A program made the position numbers and the translations under genes. This document shows positions 48,629 to 58,332 of a stretch of DNA of 64,000 bases, one piece after another. Numbering within the stretch: position 1 is the first letter of the stretch; each line of letters begins with the position of its first letter. Under the pieces are notes generated by a model, which saw only the letters and a program-made list of their open reading frames with translations, ran no database searches and was not told the DNA's origin. The stretch lies in the NCBI GenBank assembly GCA_044343545.1, contig JAWBZR010000001.1, positions 23,992-87,991 of the forward strand, given 5' to 3'. Source of the stretch: Candidatus Aenigmatarchaeota archaeon. Its GTDB lineage: Archaea > Aenigmatarchaeota > Aenigmatarchaeia > CG10238-14.

Positions 48629-49018
48629 ATGCAAAAAATTAAGAAAATTCTAGTTTTTGGTAATCCTCTAGTTAGAAAGGATAGTCTTCCGCCATCGTTG
48701 ATAAGTAATTTACAAAAAATGTTTCCACACATAGAATTTAAGGAATTCGATGCTGTGGAGGATTTACAAAAAGAAGGAAGAAATCTATACATTCTTGACA
48801 CTGTTGAAGGAATAAAAAAAGTTGAATTAATAACAAACATAGATGTTTTGGAAGCAAACAAAATAATTTCTGTTCATGATTTCGATTTAGCTTATACATT
48901 AAAACTTTTAAAAAATACCAACCTCATTGATAGAGTAACCATCATAGGTGTCCCTGTAGATATAAGTAAGGAGGAAGCATTGAAACAAGTAAAGGAAGTT
49001 ATAGACAAATTGAGTTGA
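48629..49018 (+). CDS. Hydrogenase maturation endopeptidase (HycI/HyaD family)
   Basis: The N-terminus KILVFGNPLVRKDSLPPSL and a later D.(T) motif IIGVPVDI fit the family pattern. 129 aa. Confidence 0.6.
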   Translation: MQKIKKILVFGNPLVRKDSLPPSLISNLQKMFPHIEFKEFDAVEDLQKEGRNLYILDTVEGIKKVELITNIDVLEANKIISVHDFDLAYTLKLLKNTNLIDRVTIIGVPVDISKEEALKQVKEVIDKLS

Positions 49019-49891
49019 ATGATTATGAAAAAAGGGATAAAAGAAATTCTTCTGAAAATGCAAGTAAATGAAATAACAGAATATATGGTTTACAAAAAGC
49101 TGTCCAAATGTTTTAAAGATAAAGAAAAGGTAAAGCTGCTTGAAAGTTTATCAAAAGATGAGCTATCGCACTATAATTTGTGGAAAAAATACACAAATAT
49201 GGATGTAGAACCGAACAAAACTAAAATATTATTATACTTTTTGATTGCAAAAATTTTTGGTTTAACTTTCGGATTAAAACTTATGGAGAATAATGAAATG
49301 GAAGCAAAGAATATTTATGAAATTATATCAAAAGATATTCCAATAGCAAAAAGAATAGTAAAAGAAGAAGATAAACATGAAAAAATTTTGATCAATCTAA
49401 TAAATGAAGAATTTTTAGAGTATACAAGTTCGCTTGTTTTAGGTTTAAATGACGCTCTAGTAGAATTGACAGGATCTCTGGCAGGATTAACGTTTGCGTT
49501 GCAAAATAACAAGTTGATAGCTATTTCTGGCTTAATAACCGGTATATCGGCTTCCCTATCCATGGCAGCTTCGGAATACCTGTCAACAAAAAATGAAAAA
49601 ACCGTCAAAAATCCTTTAAAATCTTCGATATATACCGGGGTGGCATACATTTTTACAGTTTTTATTTTGATTTTACCTTATTTTTTGTTTGAAAATATTT
49701 ACTATTGCCTGACTTTCACACTAATTAATGCAATTATCGTAATTTTTATTTTTAATTTTTATGTTTCAATCGCAAAGGATCTTAACTTTAAATATAGATT
49801 CTTGGAAATGTTGATAATTAGCATGAGTGTTGCATTGATATCATTCATCGTTGGTTTATTGGCAAAAAATTTTCTCGGCATAGAAATTTGA
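49019..49891 (+). CDS. VIT1/CCC1 family Fe/Mn transporter with N-terminal ferritin-like domain
   Basis: N-terminal ferritin-like helices (EITEYMVYKKL...ELSHYNLW) precede the VIT core LGLNDALVELTGSLAGLT...SMAASEYLS and about 5 TM helices. Confidence 0.7.
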   Translation: MIMKKGIKEILLKMQVNEITEYMVYKKLSKCFKDKEKVKLLESLSKDELSHYNLWKKYTNMDVEPNKTKILLYFLIAKIFGLTFGLKLMENNEMEAKNIYEIISKDIPIAKRIVKEEDKHEKILINLINEEFLEYTSSLVLGLNDALVELTGSLAGLTFALQNNKLIAISGLITGISASLSMAASEYLSTKNEKTVKNPLKSSIYTGVAYIFTVFILILPYFLFENIYYCLTFTLINAIIVIFIFNFYVSIAKDLNFKYRFLEMLIISMSVALISFIVGLLAKNFLGIEI

Positions 49892-51181
49892 TCATTTCCA
49901 TTTTACTCTCAAAAAATGACTTGCACAACTCATACAAGGATCGTAAGCTCTTATCAACTTTTCAATCTCATGTTCTATTTCATGTTTATCTTTGTCCAAT
50001 ATTTGCTCCACCAAAATTCTTATATCATTTTCCATTTTTATTTGATTTTGAGCTGTTGGTATGATGAAATTTCCATACTTTATTTTTCCATTCTGATCAA
50101 GATCTATCATGTGATAAAGCGTTCCTCTAGGCGCTTCTATTACTCCTATACCTTTTCCTGCTTTGATTTTTATTTCAGGCTTTGCTTCTTCCTTAAACTC
50201 GTACGTTTCCAATATTTCTATGGAATGATCTATGGAATGCAATATTTCTATTGCCTGAGCTAGATTGTTATGAAAAACATTAAATGAAGGGAACACGTCT
50301 ATATATTTTTTCGCGTCTCTTTTTGTATCCTTATGTAACGCATCTTTATTCAATGCCATTCTAGCCAAAGCACCAACCATGTATTCTCTTCCTTCAAATT
50401 TGAAAGCAGTAGCTTGAGAATAGGGTATTATAACGCGATTTAAATAGTCCCAATAATCTTCTTCCTCTATTTCTGCTCCGTCCATGCTTTTTATTTTTCC
50501 TTCTAAAAAACTAAAATCTTCTGTACATAAAGCAACAAAATTTGTTTTTCTCTCAAAAACAAAATTGGAAGAATAAAAAACATTAAGCAAATCAAAAACT
50601 TTTTCTCTTACATCTTTTAATTCTTTTATGACATTAGCGATGTCTTCTTTTTTTGGAATATTAGAAAAATAACCGATTTGTTCATAAGTTGCGTGAACCG
50701 CCCTTCCAGCAACTAATTTTGAAAGATTGTTGCCAGCGGATTTTACTGAAAATGCTTGTTCTATCCAATGATTCAAGGATTTATCAAAATCCAAAATAGA
50801 ATCCTTGCCAAATATGTCCGGTAGAACGAAAAAATAAAGATGTAAAGCGTGATCTCTTATCATCATGCCATACATAGCTAATTTTCTTAACATTATAGTT
50901 TGTTCGGACGGTGTAATACCAAGAGCTTTTTCTAAAGCCTCTATACTACATGTCATATGAGCAATGCTGCATGTGCCGCAAATTCTAGAAACAAGCTGAG
51001 GTATGGCATTAAAATTTTTGTTTCTTATAGCTTGTGTATAAAATCTCTTATTTTCACTTATTTTTAATTTTACATCTTCAACCTTACCGTTTCTCACTCT
51101 TATTTCTAAATCAGCATGGCCTTCTGTCTTGCTTACATGTTCTATGTTTATATCAAAATCTTTATGCATCAGAAACACCAA
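49892..51181 (-). CDS. [NiFe] hydrogenase large subunit (group 3-like)
   Basis: The L1 motif is RICGTCSIAHM. The L2 motif DPCMSCASH sits near the C-terminus with only a 7-aa extension. Confidence 0.85.
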   Translation of the reverse strand: MVFLMHKDFDINIEHVSKTEGHADLEIRVRNGKVEDVKLKISENKRFYTQAIRNKNFNAIPQLVSRICGTCSIAHMTCSIEALEKALGITPSEQTIMLRKLAMYGMMIRDHALHLYFFVLPDIFGKDSILDFDKSLNHWIEQAFSVKSAGNNLSKLVAGRAVHATYEQIGYFSNIPKKEDIANVIKELKDVREKVFDLLNVFYSSNFVFERKTNFVALCTEDFSFLEGKIKSMDGAEIEEEDYWDYLNRVIIPYSQATAFKFEGREYMVGALARMALNKDALHKDTKRDAKKYIDVFPSFNVFHNNLAQAIEILHSIDHSIEILETYEFKEEAKPEIKIKAGKGIGVIEAPRGTLYHMIDLDQNGKIKYGNFIIPTAQNQIKMENDIRILVEQILDKDKHEIEHEIEKLIRAYDPCMSCASHFLRVKWK

Positions 51182-51644
51182 ACTCCTTGAAATACTGATT
51201 CAATTTTTGTAAAAACAATTCTTCATTCATGGGGCATCCCGGAATAAAATCATCGACGACGACAATTTCAGATAAAGGAGAAACCTTGTCTCTATGTCCA
51301 AACCTATCTAGTATGAATTGTATTTCTTCTTTGGTCTCGTTATCGAAAAAATTTCTTTGATTCGACGGACTTCCAGTGCATGCACAACTACCTACTGCAA
51401 CAAGTTTTTTGCAATTCTTTCTTATTTCTTTTAAAAATTCTTCTTCCATGTAATTTGCTATAGCACCTTCGACAAACGCGACATCCAAATCTCTTATATC
51501 GTTGTTTTTCTTTAGAGTTCTAAAATATTTAAATTCAATTTTATCGAGCCATTCACTGTAATATTCATTCATTAATTCCAAAAATAAAATAGTCGAATCT
51601 TCGCAACAAGTAAAGGAAAACCAACCAACCTTCAATTTTTTCAT
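51162..51644 (-). CDS. [NiFe] hydrogenase small subunit (proximal cluster only)
   Basis: FTCCED, GSCACTG and PGCP supply the four Cys of the proximal [4Fe-4S] cluster. 160 aa, with no medial or distal cluster ligands. It overlaps the large-subunit start by 20 nt. Confidence 0.8.
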   Translation of the reverse strand: MKKLKVGWFSFTCCEDSTILFLELMNEYYSEWLDKIEFKYFRTLKKNNDIRDLDVAFVEGAIANYMEEEFLKEIRKNCKKLVAVGSCACTGSPSNQRNFFDNETKEEIQFILDRFGHRDKVSPLSEIVVVDDFIPGCPMNEELFLQKLNQYFKEFGVSDA

Positions 51645-51680
51645 ATTGTTAAAATATTAAACATTACTCGTTAAAATAAT

Positions 51681-52613
51681 TTACAGCCAATTTTTTCTCT
51701 TGAAAAATATATAGAGGACAATAAAGCTTAATATAGAAAATAATACTATATACAAAAAAGCTAATGGATCTTGTTGAAATGGTAAGGAAACGTTCATGCC
51801 GTAAAAAGATGCTATTAAAACCGAAAAAGATAATATTATGCTCATTGAAGTTAAAAATTTCATAACAATGTTTAGATTGTTTGAAACTATAGATGCATAT
51901 GCATCGAGAGTGTTGCTCAGCACGTCTCTTAATATTTTTATAGTTTCGTATATTTCTTTATTAGACAACATTATATCCTCTATTATATCTTTGTCTTCTT
52001 CGTACATTTTGAATATTTTTCCTGAATTTATTTTTTCAAAAACTATTTCATTTCCCACTATAGCACTGCTGAAATATATTAGAGTTTTTTGAATTTTTAA
52101 TAAAACATTTATTTCATCGTTTGTCAAGGATTTTGCCACTTGATCTTCTATTGTTTCATATTTATTTCTAACCAAATGAAGATATTTGCTAAAATCAAGA
52201 TTTATCTTTTCAAAAGTTTTTAAAACAAACCTTACTCTTTGTGTTGTTGCAATGTTTTTTTCCTTTTTTATATCTTCGATGAGTGTATTAGAAAAAGATG
52301 AAATGGTCATAATAAAATTTTTTGTAATTATTATTCCAAAAGGCGATGTTGTTATATCACCATCGTCATCAATAAAAGGTATTCTCGTGATGATAAGAAC
52401 GTTGTCGCCCTTTTTTTCTACCCTCGGTTTCTCGTTAACGTCAATACAACCTTGAATCCATTCATTATCAATTTCAAACTCGCTTTTTATTTTTTCAATT
52501 TCTTCTTCTGTGATATTTTCCACATTAATCCAACAACCTTCTCTAAACTTTTCTATCTTTTTTAGCTCGGTATCCTTTACAGTTTTCATGTAAAACTCCA
52601 TCATAAAACTCAC
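51681..52613 (-). CDS. corA: Magnesium transporter CorA
   Basis: The YGMNV signature lies before the last two TM helices. A large N-terminal cytoplasmic domain is present. Confidence 0.8.
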   Translation of the reverse strand: MSFMMEFYMKTVKDTELKKIEKFREGCWINVENITEEEIEKIKSEFEIDNEWIQGCIDVNEKPRVEKKGDNVLIITRIPFIDDDGDITTSPFGIIITKNFIMTISSFSNTLIEDIKKEKNIATTQRVRFVLKTFEKINLDFSKYLHLVRNKYETIEDQVAKSLTNDEINVLLKIQKTLIYFSSAIVGNEIVFEKINSGKIFKMYEEDKDIIEDIMLSNKEIYETIKILRDVLSNTLDAYASIVSNNLNIVMKFLTSMSIILSFSVLIASFYGMNVSLPFQQDPLAFLYIVLFSILSFIVLYIFFKRKNWL

Positions 52614-52634
52614 ATAATAGTTTTAAACTTTGGA

Positions 52635-53015
52635 TTAATATATCTTGCTCTTAAACTGCCTATACAATTCTTCAACAGATTTTTTGTTTATTTTTTTATA
52701 TCTATTTCCATGAGATACTAAACCTCCTCCAAAATTTTTTGGTATATGCATTATTTCATGTATAAGTGTCTTATCCTTTTCCTCCTCACTAAGTTTATCA
52801 TACCTTTCTGAAATGACTTCAATAACATAATAAGATCGACAATCTAAAGCATTTTGAAAAATTTTTGGCAAACCCCAAATTCTTGCTATAGCTTTTGATT
52901 TTGAACCGAAACTTCTTATGCATATTACTCTATCCAAATCTATGTGTCTTTGACCCAAACAATTAACTATTAGTTTCAACCTTTCTTCCACATCTCTTGC
53001 TTTCTCATACTTCAT
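52635..53015 (-). CDS. Putative zinc metallopeptidase (HExxH, SprT/WLM-like)
   Basis: TLIHEIMHI HExxH motif. 126 aa. Confidence 0.4.
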   Translation of the reverse strand: MKYEKARDVEERLKLIVNCLGQRHIDLDRVICIRSFGSKSKAIARIWGLPKIFQNALDCRSYYVIEVISERYDKLSEEEKDKTLIHEIMHIPKNFGGGLVSHGNRYKKINKKSVEELYRQFKSKIY

Positions 53016-53095
53016 AAAATTGAATTTGGTAAATTCGAAATAAAAATATAGTCGAGTTAATCGTTTTAATTTTAATTAACAAATAAATTATTTCA

Positions 53096-53368
53096 ATGAA
53101 AAGAATTCATGCTTTCATTGAAGGTAAAGTTCAAGGGGTCAATTTTAGATGGAACACAAAAATTAAAGCTGAAAAATTGGGAATAAGAGGTTGGGTGAGA
53201 AATCTGGCGGATGGAAGAGTAGAAGTAGTCGCCGAAGGAAGTGAAGAAAATATAAAAGAATTCATAAAATTTTTAAAGAAAGGTCCACCGAAAGCTAAAG
53301 TCGAAAAAATTGAAATAAACGAAGAAAATCCAAAAAATGAGTTTGAAAGTTTTTCAATTGTTTTTTGA
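53096..53368 (+). CDS. acyP: Acylphosphatase
   Basis: EGKVQGVNFRWNTK and GWVRNLADGRVEVVAEG signatures. Confidence 0.85.
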   Translation: MKRIHAFIEGKVQGVNFRWNTKIKAEKLGIRGWVRNLADGRVEVVAEGSEENIKEFIKFLKKGPPKAKVEKIEINEENPKNEFESFSIVF

Positions 53369-53372
53369 AGCT

Positions 53373-54260
53373 TTATATTGTTGTAATGATTGGCTTTTCT
53401 TTTATTATTATAGTTTCTTCTGCTTGAGCAACCAACCCCTTACTTTTTTCTCTTAAAGGAGGATATTCGTGAAGTATTCCACGTTCTACCATTTCTCTTA
53501 ACGCCATTTGAAGTTTTATCGGTGAAGATAAATCTGACAACCACCTTTTTGCAAATGGCAAGGTTTTATATTCTTGCTGGATTCTACTCAATATCTTTTT
53601 TGATTCTTCAAGCCTCAAACCTCCACTCTTTAAAAACATATATATATTTGTCGGTGAAGATTCCACAACAAAACCTTCACCATTAGTTGTGAATATTTCC
53701 ATAGCAATAACATCTCCTTCTTTAAACTGATATTTGTTTTTCACATGCATGTTAGGTATGGATAAACCGCCATGCTGCACATATTGAGATAAAGAATGGC
53801 CTGCCAAATTTTTCACGGTTTTTATCCCATAGCTTTTAACAGTCTCTTCGACTATTTTTGACATTTCTTCTATAGTTTTTCCTGGAGCTATGTTATCTAT
53901 AAACTCTTTCAAAGCATCCTCCGCGGCTTTAATTAACAAATTATCTTTTTCTCCGATCTTTACAGAAAAGGCTGTATCAGCTATATACCCATCAACATGA
54001 ACACCCAAATCCACCTTTACCAAATCACCTTCCTTGAAAACAGAATCATCATTTATGTCTGGAGTGCAGTGTGCTGCAAAATCATTTATAGAAATATTTA
54101 GGGGAAAGGCCAAGGCTGCTTCTTTTTTGATGAAACTTTCAATTTTTTCAGCAAAATCTATCAGTTTCATTCCTGCTTTTAGTTCTTGCCTTGCCAATTC
54201 TTTCGCTCTTTTAGCAATTTCTCCTGCTTTTATGTACTTCTCTTCTACAACCTTGTCCAT
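53373..54260 (-). CDS. map: Methionine aminopeptidase, type 2
   Basis: 295 aa with metal-ligand pattern D..D..H..E..E. N-terminus EKYIKAGEIAKRAKE and the DLVKVDLGVHVDGYIAD motif. Confidence 0.85.
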   Translation of the reverse strand: MDKVVEEKYIKAGEIAKRAKELARQELKAGMKLIDFAEKIESFIKKEAALAFPLNISINDFAAHCTPDINDDSVFKEGDLVKVDLGVHVDGYIADTAFSVKIGEKDNLLIKAAEDALKEFIDNIAPGKTIEEMSKIVEETVKSYGIKTVKNLAGHSLSQYVQHGGLSIPNMHVKNKYQFKEGDVIAMEIFTTNGEGFVVESSPTNIYMFLKSGGLRLEESKKILSRIQQEYKTLPFAKRWLSDLSSPIKLQMALREMVERGILHEYPPLREKSKGLVAQAEETIIIKEKPIITTI

Positions 54261-54329
54261 GAAAACACTACATTGATTTAGAAAGTTAAAATATTTATTT
54301 TATTTCTTTTGAAACTTTTTCTTCCTTCA

Positions 54330-54605
54330 TTATTTTTTTGAAACCAAAAAAACTATAAAAGCAATTATCACAAAATTCAAAACAGCTGATAAAAAAGATC
54401 CGTATCTTATCACTATAGGACCTAAGTTGAATGTCGCCTCTTTTCATTGACCTTGTGGTATGAAGAATGTTATTATTGGCATTAAGACATCATTCACCAA
54501 AGATTGAACTAGTGACGTTAATGCAGATCCTATAATGAAAGCTACTGCCAATGCTAAGACTTTATATTCCTTAAGAAAGTCGACGAACTCTTTTAAAAAA
54601 CTCAT
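54330..54605 (-). pseudogene. mscL: Large-conductance mechanosensitive channel MscL interrupted by an in-frame TGA (54444-54446)
   Basis: The N-terminal part MSFLKEFVDFLKEYKVLALAVAFIIGSALTSLVQSLVNDVLMPIITFFIPQGQ matches MscL TM1. It is followed by TGA. The same frame then continues KEATFNLGPIVIRYGSFLSAVLNFVIIAFIVFLVSKK, which matches MscL TM2. Confidence 0.65.
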
Positions 54606-54633
54606 AATTAGATTATAGAAAATTATTTTAAAA

Positions 54634-56976
54634 CTATTTCTTAAACCAAAAATGCAAGCTATCTTGATTGACCAAAGATAAATCTTCCTTAACATCAAAA
54701 GCTTGTAAAACCCTCAAAGCGGCGGGTAAAACTTGGTTATTGACATAATATTCTGGATCATAACTTCCTCTGTATAACTGAATTGGCTCTGCCCTTTCAG
54801 AAATGCTACCTTTACCTTTAACAATAACATATTCTATTATCATACCTTCTGTTATCTGCATACCAGCCTGCTTGAGCTTTAATGCTGCCTTTACGTGAGG
54901 ACCTATTTGTTTATAATCCGAAAGAGAAGATGTTAGCTGAGTTCTTATAATAAGCTCGTTTATTTTTGCCTTTCCACTTTTCACTCTGTCAATTTCTTCT
55001 TTCACGTATTTTATCGCCTTGTTCAAATCTTTTTCAAACAAAATTAATCTCAAAACTTCATGCTGCACTTTTTTTGCCAAATCACACCAGTCTCTTCTCA
55101 CCGTTTCGAAACCTCTTATCTCTAACTTACCATCTTCCGTCAACAATGCATATCTCTTTTTAGCTCCTTTTTCGTCCAACTTTTTAGTCACAAACAAACC
55201 TGCAGGGTAAAAGTCCCTGTATTCTAACTCTATTATTCCCGGTAACTTTTCATTTATTTCATCGTGCCATTTTATTACCAATTCGAGCGATTTTCTATCT
55301 TTCACTTTAATGAAGCAAGAATCTGTATCAGCATATATTATCTCGAAACCTCTCGATTTGGCATCTTCAATAACCTTAGTTATGTAATATCTTCCAAATG
55401 CTGCGCATGCTTCAGCACATTCTCTGCAAAACCATCTGGAGCCGGCATAACCTAAATATCCGTACATGGCATTGGCGATTATTTTAAGAGAATATTGATA
55501 GTTTTTTAACATTGGATCTTTTGCTTTTTTCAATTCCTCTTTTACTCTTCTTCTCTCGTGAATTATTTCCTCTAAATGTTTTGATATAAAACCTTTTTGT
55601 TGCAAACAAAAGTAATTCTTGCCATTGGGCACTGTGTTTCTTAATCTACACTCAGTGTGACCACAATTTAATGTTTCGGGAGAAATGTTGTGTGTGACGA
55701 TAATAGTAGGGTACAAGCTTTGAAAATCGAAGACTGCTATATTTTCATGCAAGCCTATTTTTGGTTCTATAACTATTGCACCAGTATAAGATGGTTTTGT
55801 CTTTCTATCTTCTATTTCTTCATATTTTGGCATGTTCGGAATCACCATATTGTTTTCAATTGACTTTCTCATAAGAAAATGTTCGACTAGCTGAGAATAG
55901 TAATATCTAGAAGTATCAAAAGGAAGGGTTAGCGTAATTCTGGAAATGGAAAATATTTGAGGTAATAAAAACTCTGCAAGATCAAGAGTTAATTTTGCGT
56001 CTCTCATGGAATATTCGACAAGTATTTCTATATCCTTCTTTTGTTTCCAAGATTCTTTCATTTCCAACCAATCAATTTTTATTTTTCCCTCACCCAACAA
56101 CTCTCTTGCAACTTCATCCAATGTTAAGACCTCAGTTTTTAATTGGGGAGATAGTATATGCTCAACAAAATTGAATAGATCTATGTGAACTCTATCTTTT
56201 ATCGAAGCGGCCGAACTCCTTCCTCTTCTTTTAAATTTTACTATATCCTCTCCTCTTCCTAAAACCATTTTAACTTTCAACTTTTCGCATCTGTTTTTAA
56301 GCTTTACAAAATCAAATGCATCTCCATTATAAGTGCATATTATATCTGGATCTATCTCTTTTATTGACAAAAAAAATTCTTCTATTAATTCTTTCTCTGT
56401 AGAGCAATATTTCAAATATTCAAAGTCTGCATTTTTCAAAGAAAATATTTTATTTTTACCTGTATTGGAAGCTAAGGATATCATTATTATCTTTTCTTCT
56501 CCGTCTTCTTCTACAACTTCGATATCAAAAGAAGCAATTTTAATATTTGGTTCTTTATTTTCTTTTACTGGAATGAGATGGGATTGTTCGATCTCAAACC
56601 AAGATGCTGGCTCTATGTTGTTATCCAACAAATACTTATAGACGTATGGTATTGCATACTCGAACTCTCCATCGACGTCTTCCCATTCCTTAACCATATC
56701 TCTCATTTTTTGAATATTTCTTGGATCATCGGAATAAACTTTTAGCATTTTTTTTCTCACGCCATTCAAAATTTTTTCGACGATTTCAAAATCTCTTATT
56801 TCATTTTCTTCCAACTTTTTTACAGTTTTTTCTTGATTATTTGAAAGTATGTAAAAGTAAGACTTGAACGGTTGTTTTATCAAATTAAAGTTACCATTTT
56901 CGTCTATGCAATGCAATTTTATAATACCCTTGCCATCTTCCACGTCATAATCCGCATGTAACAAAAAATATTTCAT
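54634..56976 (-). CDS. polB: Family B DNA polymerase
   Basis: Exo I is FDIEVV. Pol motifs are DFQSLYPTII (motif A), KIIANAMYG (motif B) and YADTDS (motif C). 780 aa with no intein. Confidence 0.95.
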   Translation of the reverse strand: MKYFLLHADYDVEDGKGIIKLHCIDENGNFNLIKQPFKSYFYILSNNQEKTVKKLEENEIRDFEIVEKILNGVRKKMLKVYSDDPRNIQKMRDMVKEWEDVDGEFEYAIPYVYKYLLDNNIEPASWFEIEQSHLIPVKENKEPNIKIASFDIEVVEEDGEEKIIMISLASNTGKNKIFSLKNADFEYLKYCSTEKELIEEFFLSIKEIDPDIICTYNGDAFDFVKLKNRCEKLKVKMVLGRGEDIVKFKRRGRSSAASIKDRVHIDLFNFVEHILSPQLKTEVLTLDEVARELLGEGKIKIDWLEMKESWKQKKDIEILVEYSMRDAKLTLDLAEFLLPQIFSISRITLTLPFDTSRYYYSQLVEHFLMRKSIENNMVIPNMPKYEEIEDRKTKPSYTGAIVIEPKIGLHENIAVFDFQSLYPTIIVTHNISPETLNCGHTECRLRNTVPNGKNYFCLQQKGFISKHLEEIIHERRRVKEELKKAKDPMLKNYQYSLKIIANAMYGYLGYAGSRWFCRECAEACAAFGRYYITKVIEDAKSRGFEIIYADTDSCFIKVKDRKSLELVIKWHDEINEKLPGIIELEYRDFYPAGLFVTKKLDEKGAKKRYALLTEDGKLEIRGFETVRRDWCDLAKKVQHEVLRLILFEKDLNKAIKYVKEEIDRVKSGKAKINELIIRTQLTSSLSDYKQIGPHVKAALKLKQAGMQITEGMIIEYVIVKGKGSISERAEPIQLYRGSYDPEYYVNNQVLPAALRVLQAFDVKEDLSLVNQDSLHFWFKK

Positions 56977-57070
56977 AAAATTAATAAATGCTTTTTAAAA
57001 GAAATATTTTGAGCACCTCTTAGATTTTAATGAAACATCATTTAAATTAATTTACGGCTAATATTATATT

Positions 57071-57481
57071 ATGAGTTTGAACATCGTGCAAAAATACAAG
57101 CTCAACACAGAAGATTTCAAAATATATTTTGATAACAACAAGAAAACACATGTAGCGGAAAACATCGAAACTGGAGAAAAGACTAATATAGGTGTTTTGG
57201 GAATTTTCCTTGAAATGGGTATATTAAGACCTTTGGATGATGAAGATAAGTTAGTTGAATTAAAGAGGAAAATAGAAATTTTGGAAAAAAAGATTGAGTT
57301 GTTAATGGAAAAAATAGAAAACATGCAATTCAAACAAGTTGTATGTGAAAAGGAAGTGGAAGAAAAACCAAAGTTTGACATAAAACAAAAAATCATAGAA
57401 AAATCTCTTAGCAAAATAAAATATGATGAAAACATAATTAAAGACGATGAAAACGAAGAAAAAATATGGGAAGAAATATAG
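57071..57481 (+). CDS. Hypothetical acidic coiled-coil protein
   Basis: 136 aa with heptad-rich KRKIEILEKKIELLMEKIENM. No known domain. Confidence 0.4.
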   Translation: MSLNIVQKYKLNTEDFKIYFDNNKKTHVAENIETGEKTNIGVLGIFLEMGILRPLDDEDKLVELKRKIEILEKKIELLMEKIENMQFKQVVCEKEVEEKPKFDIKQKIIEKSLSKIKYDENIIKDDENEEKIWEEI

Positions 57482-57482
57482 T

Positions 57483-57641
57483 TTATTTGCGTGCCCACTT
57501 TAATTTTTGAGGATCCCTGCCCATTTTCCAACTCTTTTCGCATTTTCTGCTACAAAAATATTTTATGACATTTGAATTCAAAACTAACATCTTTCCTTTG
57601 CCAGTTATAAGTTTTTTGCCGCAAAAAGAGCATTTTGCCAT
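57483..57641 (-). CDS. rpl24e: 50S ribosomal protein L24e
   Basis: Hand translation gives MAKCSFCGKKLITGKGKMLVLNSNVIKYFCSRKCEKSWKMGRDPQKLKWARK (52 aa, below the ORF-track cutoff). TRASH-type C4 zinc ribbon. Conserved L7Ae-S28e-L24e order. Confidence 0.8.
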   Translation of the reverse strand: MAKCSFCGKKLITGKGKMLVLNSNVIKYFCSRKCEKSWKMGRDPQKLKWARK

Positions 57642-57643
57642 TC

Positions 57644-57853
57644 TTATCTACCTTCGAGCTTTGCCGCTGTCTCCATTTCTGTTTCTCTTAGCATTAATAT
57701 GTCTTTAACTCTCACAGGTCCAAAGACATTTCTTGTTAAAACCTTTCCTTTATCTTTGCCTTCCAAAACCCTGCACCTAACTGTCATTACTCCCCTTACT
57801 CCTGTCCTGCCTATCAGCTCCAAGACCTCTGCAGGAACGGCATCTTCCGCCAT
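57644..57853 (-). CDS. rps28e: 30S ribosomal protein S28e
   Basis: [52 protein letters not shown] matches S28e. Confidence 0.9.
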   Translation of the reverse strand: MAEDAVPAEVLELIGRTGVRGVMTVRCRVLEGKDKGKVLTRNVFGPVRVKDILMLRETEMETAAKLEGR

Positions 57854-58213
57854 TTACTTACCACCCGACTTTATTGCATTAGTGATTTCCATTAACAATT
57901 CTCTTGCCTCGCCAGGCTCTATTATGCAAACAGAAGCGGCCGAGACGTTTATGCCTGCTGCCCTTCCCAATTCTTCTTTAGATGGCACAAAAATATATGG
58001 GCATTTTTTCTCGTTGCATAATACTGGCAAGTGCATAGTAATTTCTTTTGGATTAACGTCTTCGGCTATGATAACTAGTTTTGCTTGCGATTTCTCTATA
58101 GCTTTCGTGACTTCATTAGTGCCTTTCTTGATCTTACCTGTATTTCTTGCGATCTCTATTGCTTGAAGTGTTTTACTAACTAAATCTTTATTTGCCAACA
58201 CTTTCACCTCCAT
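57854..58213 (-). CDS. rpl7ae: 50S ribosomal protein L7Ae (K-turn binding)
   Basis: [29 protein letters not shown]...[12 protein letters not shown] matches L7Ae. Confidence 0.9.
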   Translation of the reverse strand: MEVKVLANKDLVSKTLQAIEIARNTGKIKKGTNEVTKAIEKSQAKLVIIAEDVNPKEITMHLPVLCNEKKCPYIFVPSKEELGRAAGINVSAASVCIIEPGEARELLMEITNAIKSGGK

Positions 58214-58332
58214 AAAGGATCATTTCATTCACAACAAATTAAGGGTTTTTTAATATTTATAAATCTTTTTAAACATTAAAATTCAAAGATTGTAAAGTCC
58301 CGTATGCACTGCTTCGGCAGGAGGGAAATAAA

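Noticed and set aside
54444-54446. Genome-wide UGA recoding as the explanation for the mscL in-frame TGA
   Set aside because: Several well-aligned genes (rpl44e, the GINS-like gene) terminate at TGA at their expected C-termini. TGA therefore functions as a stop in this genome.
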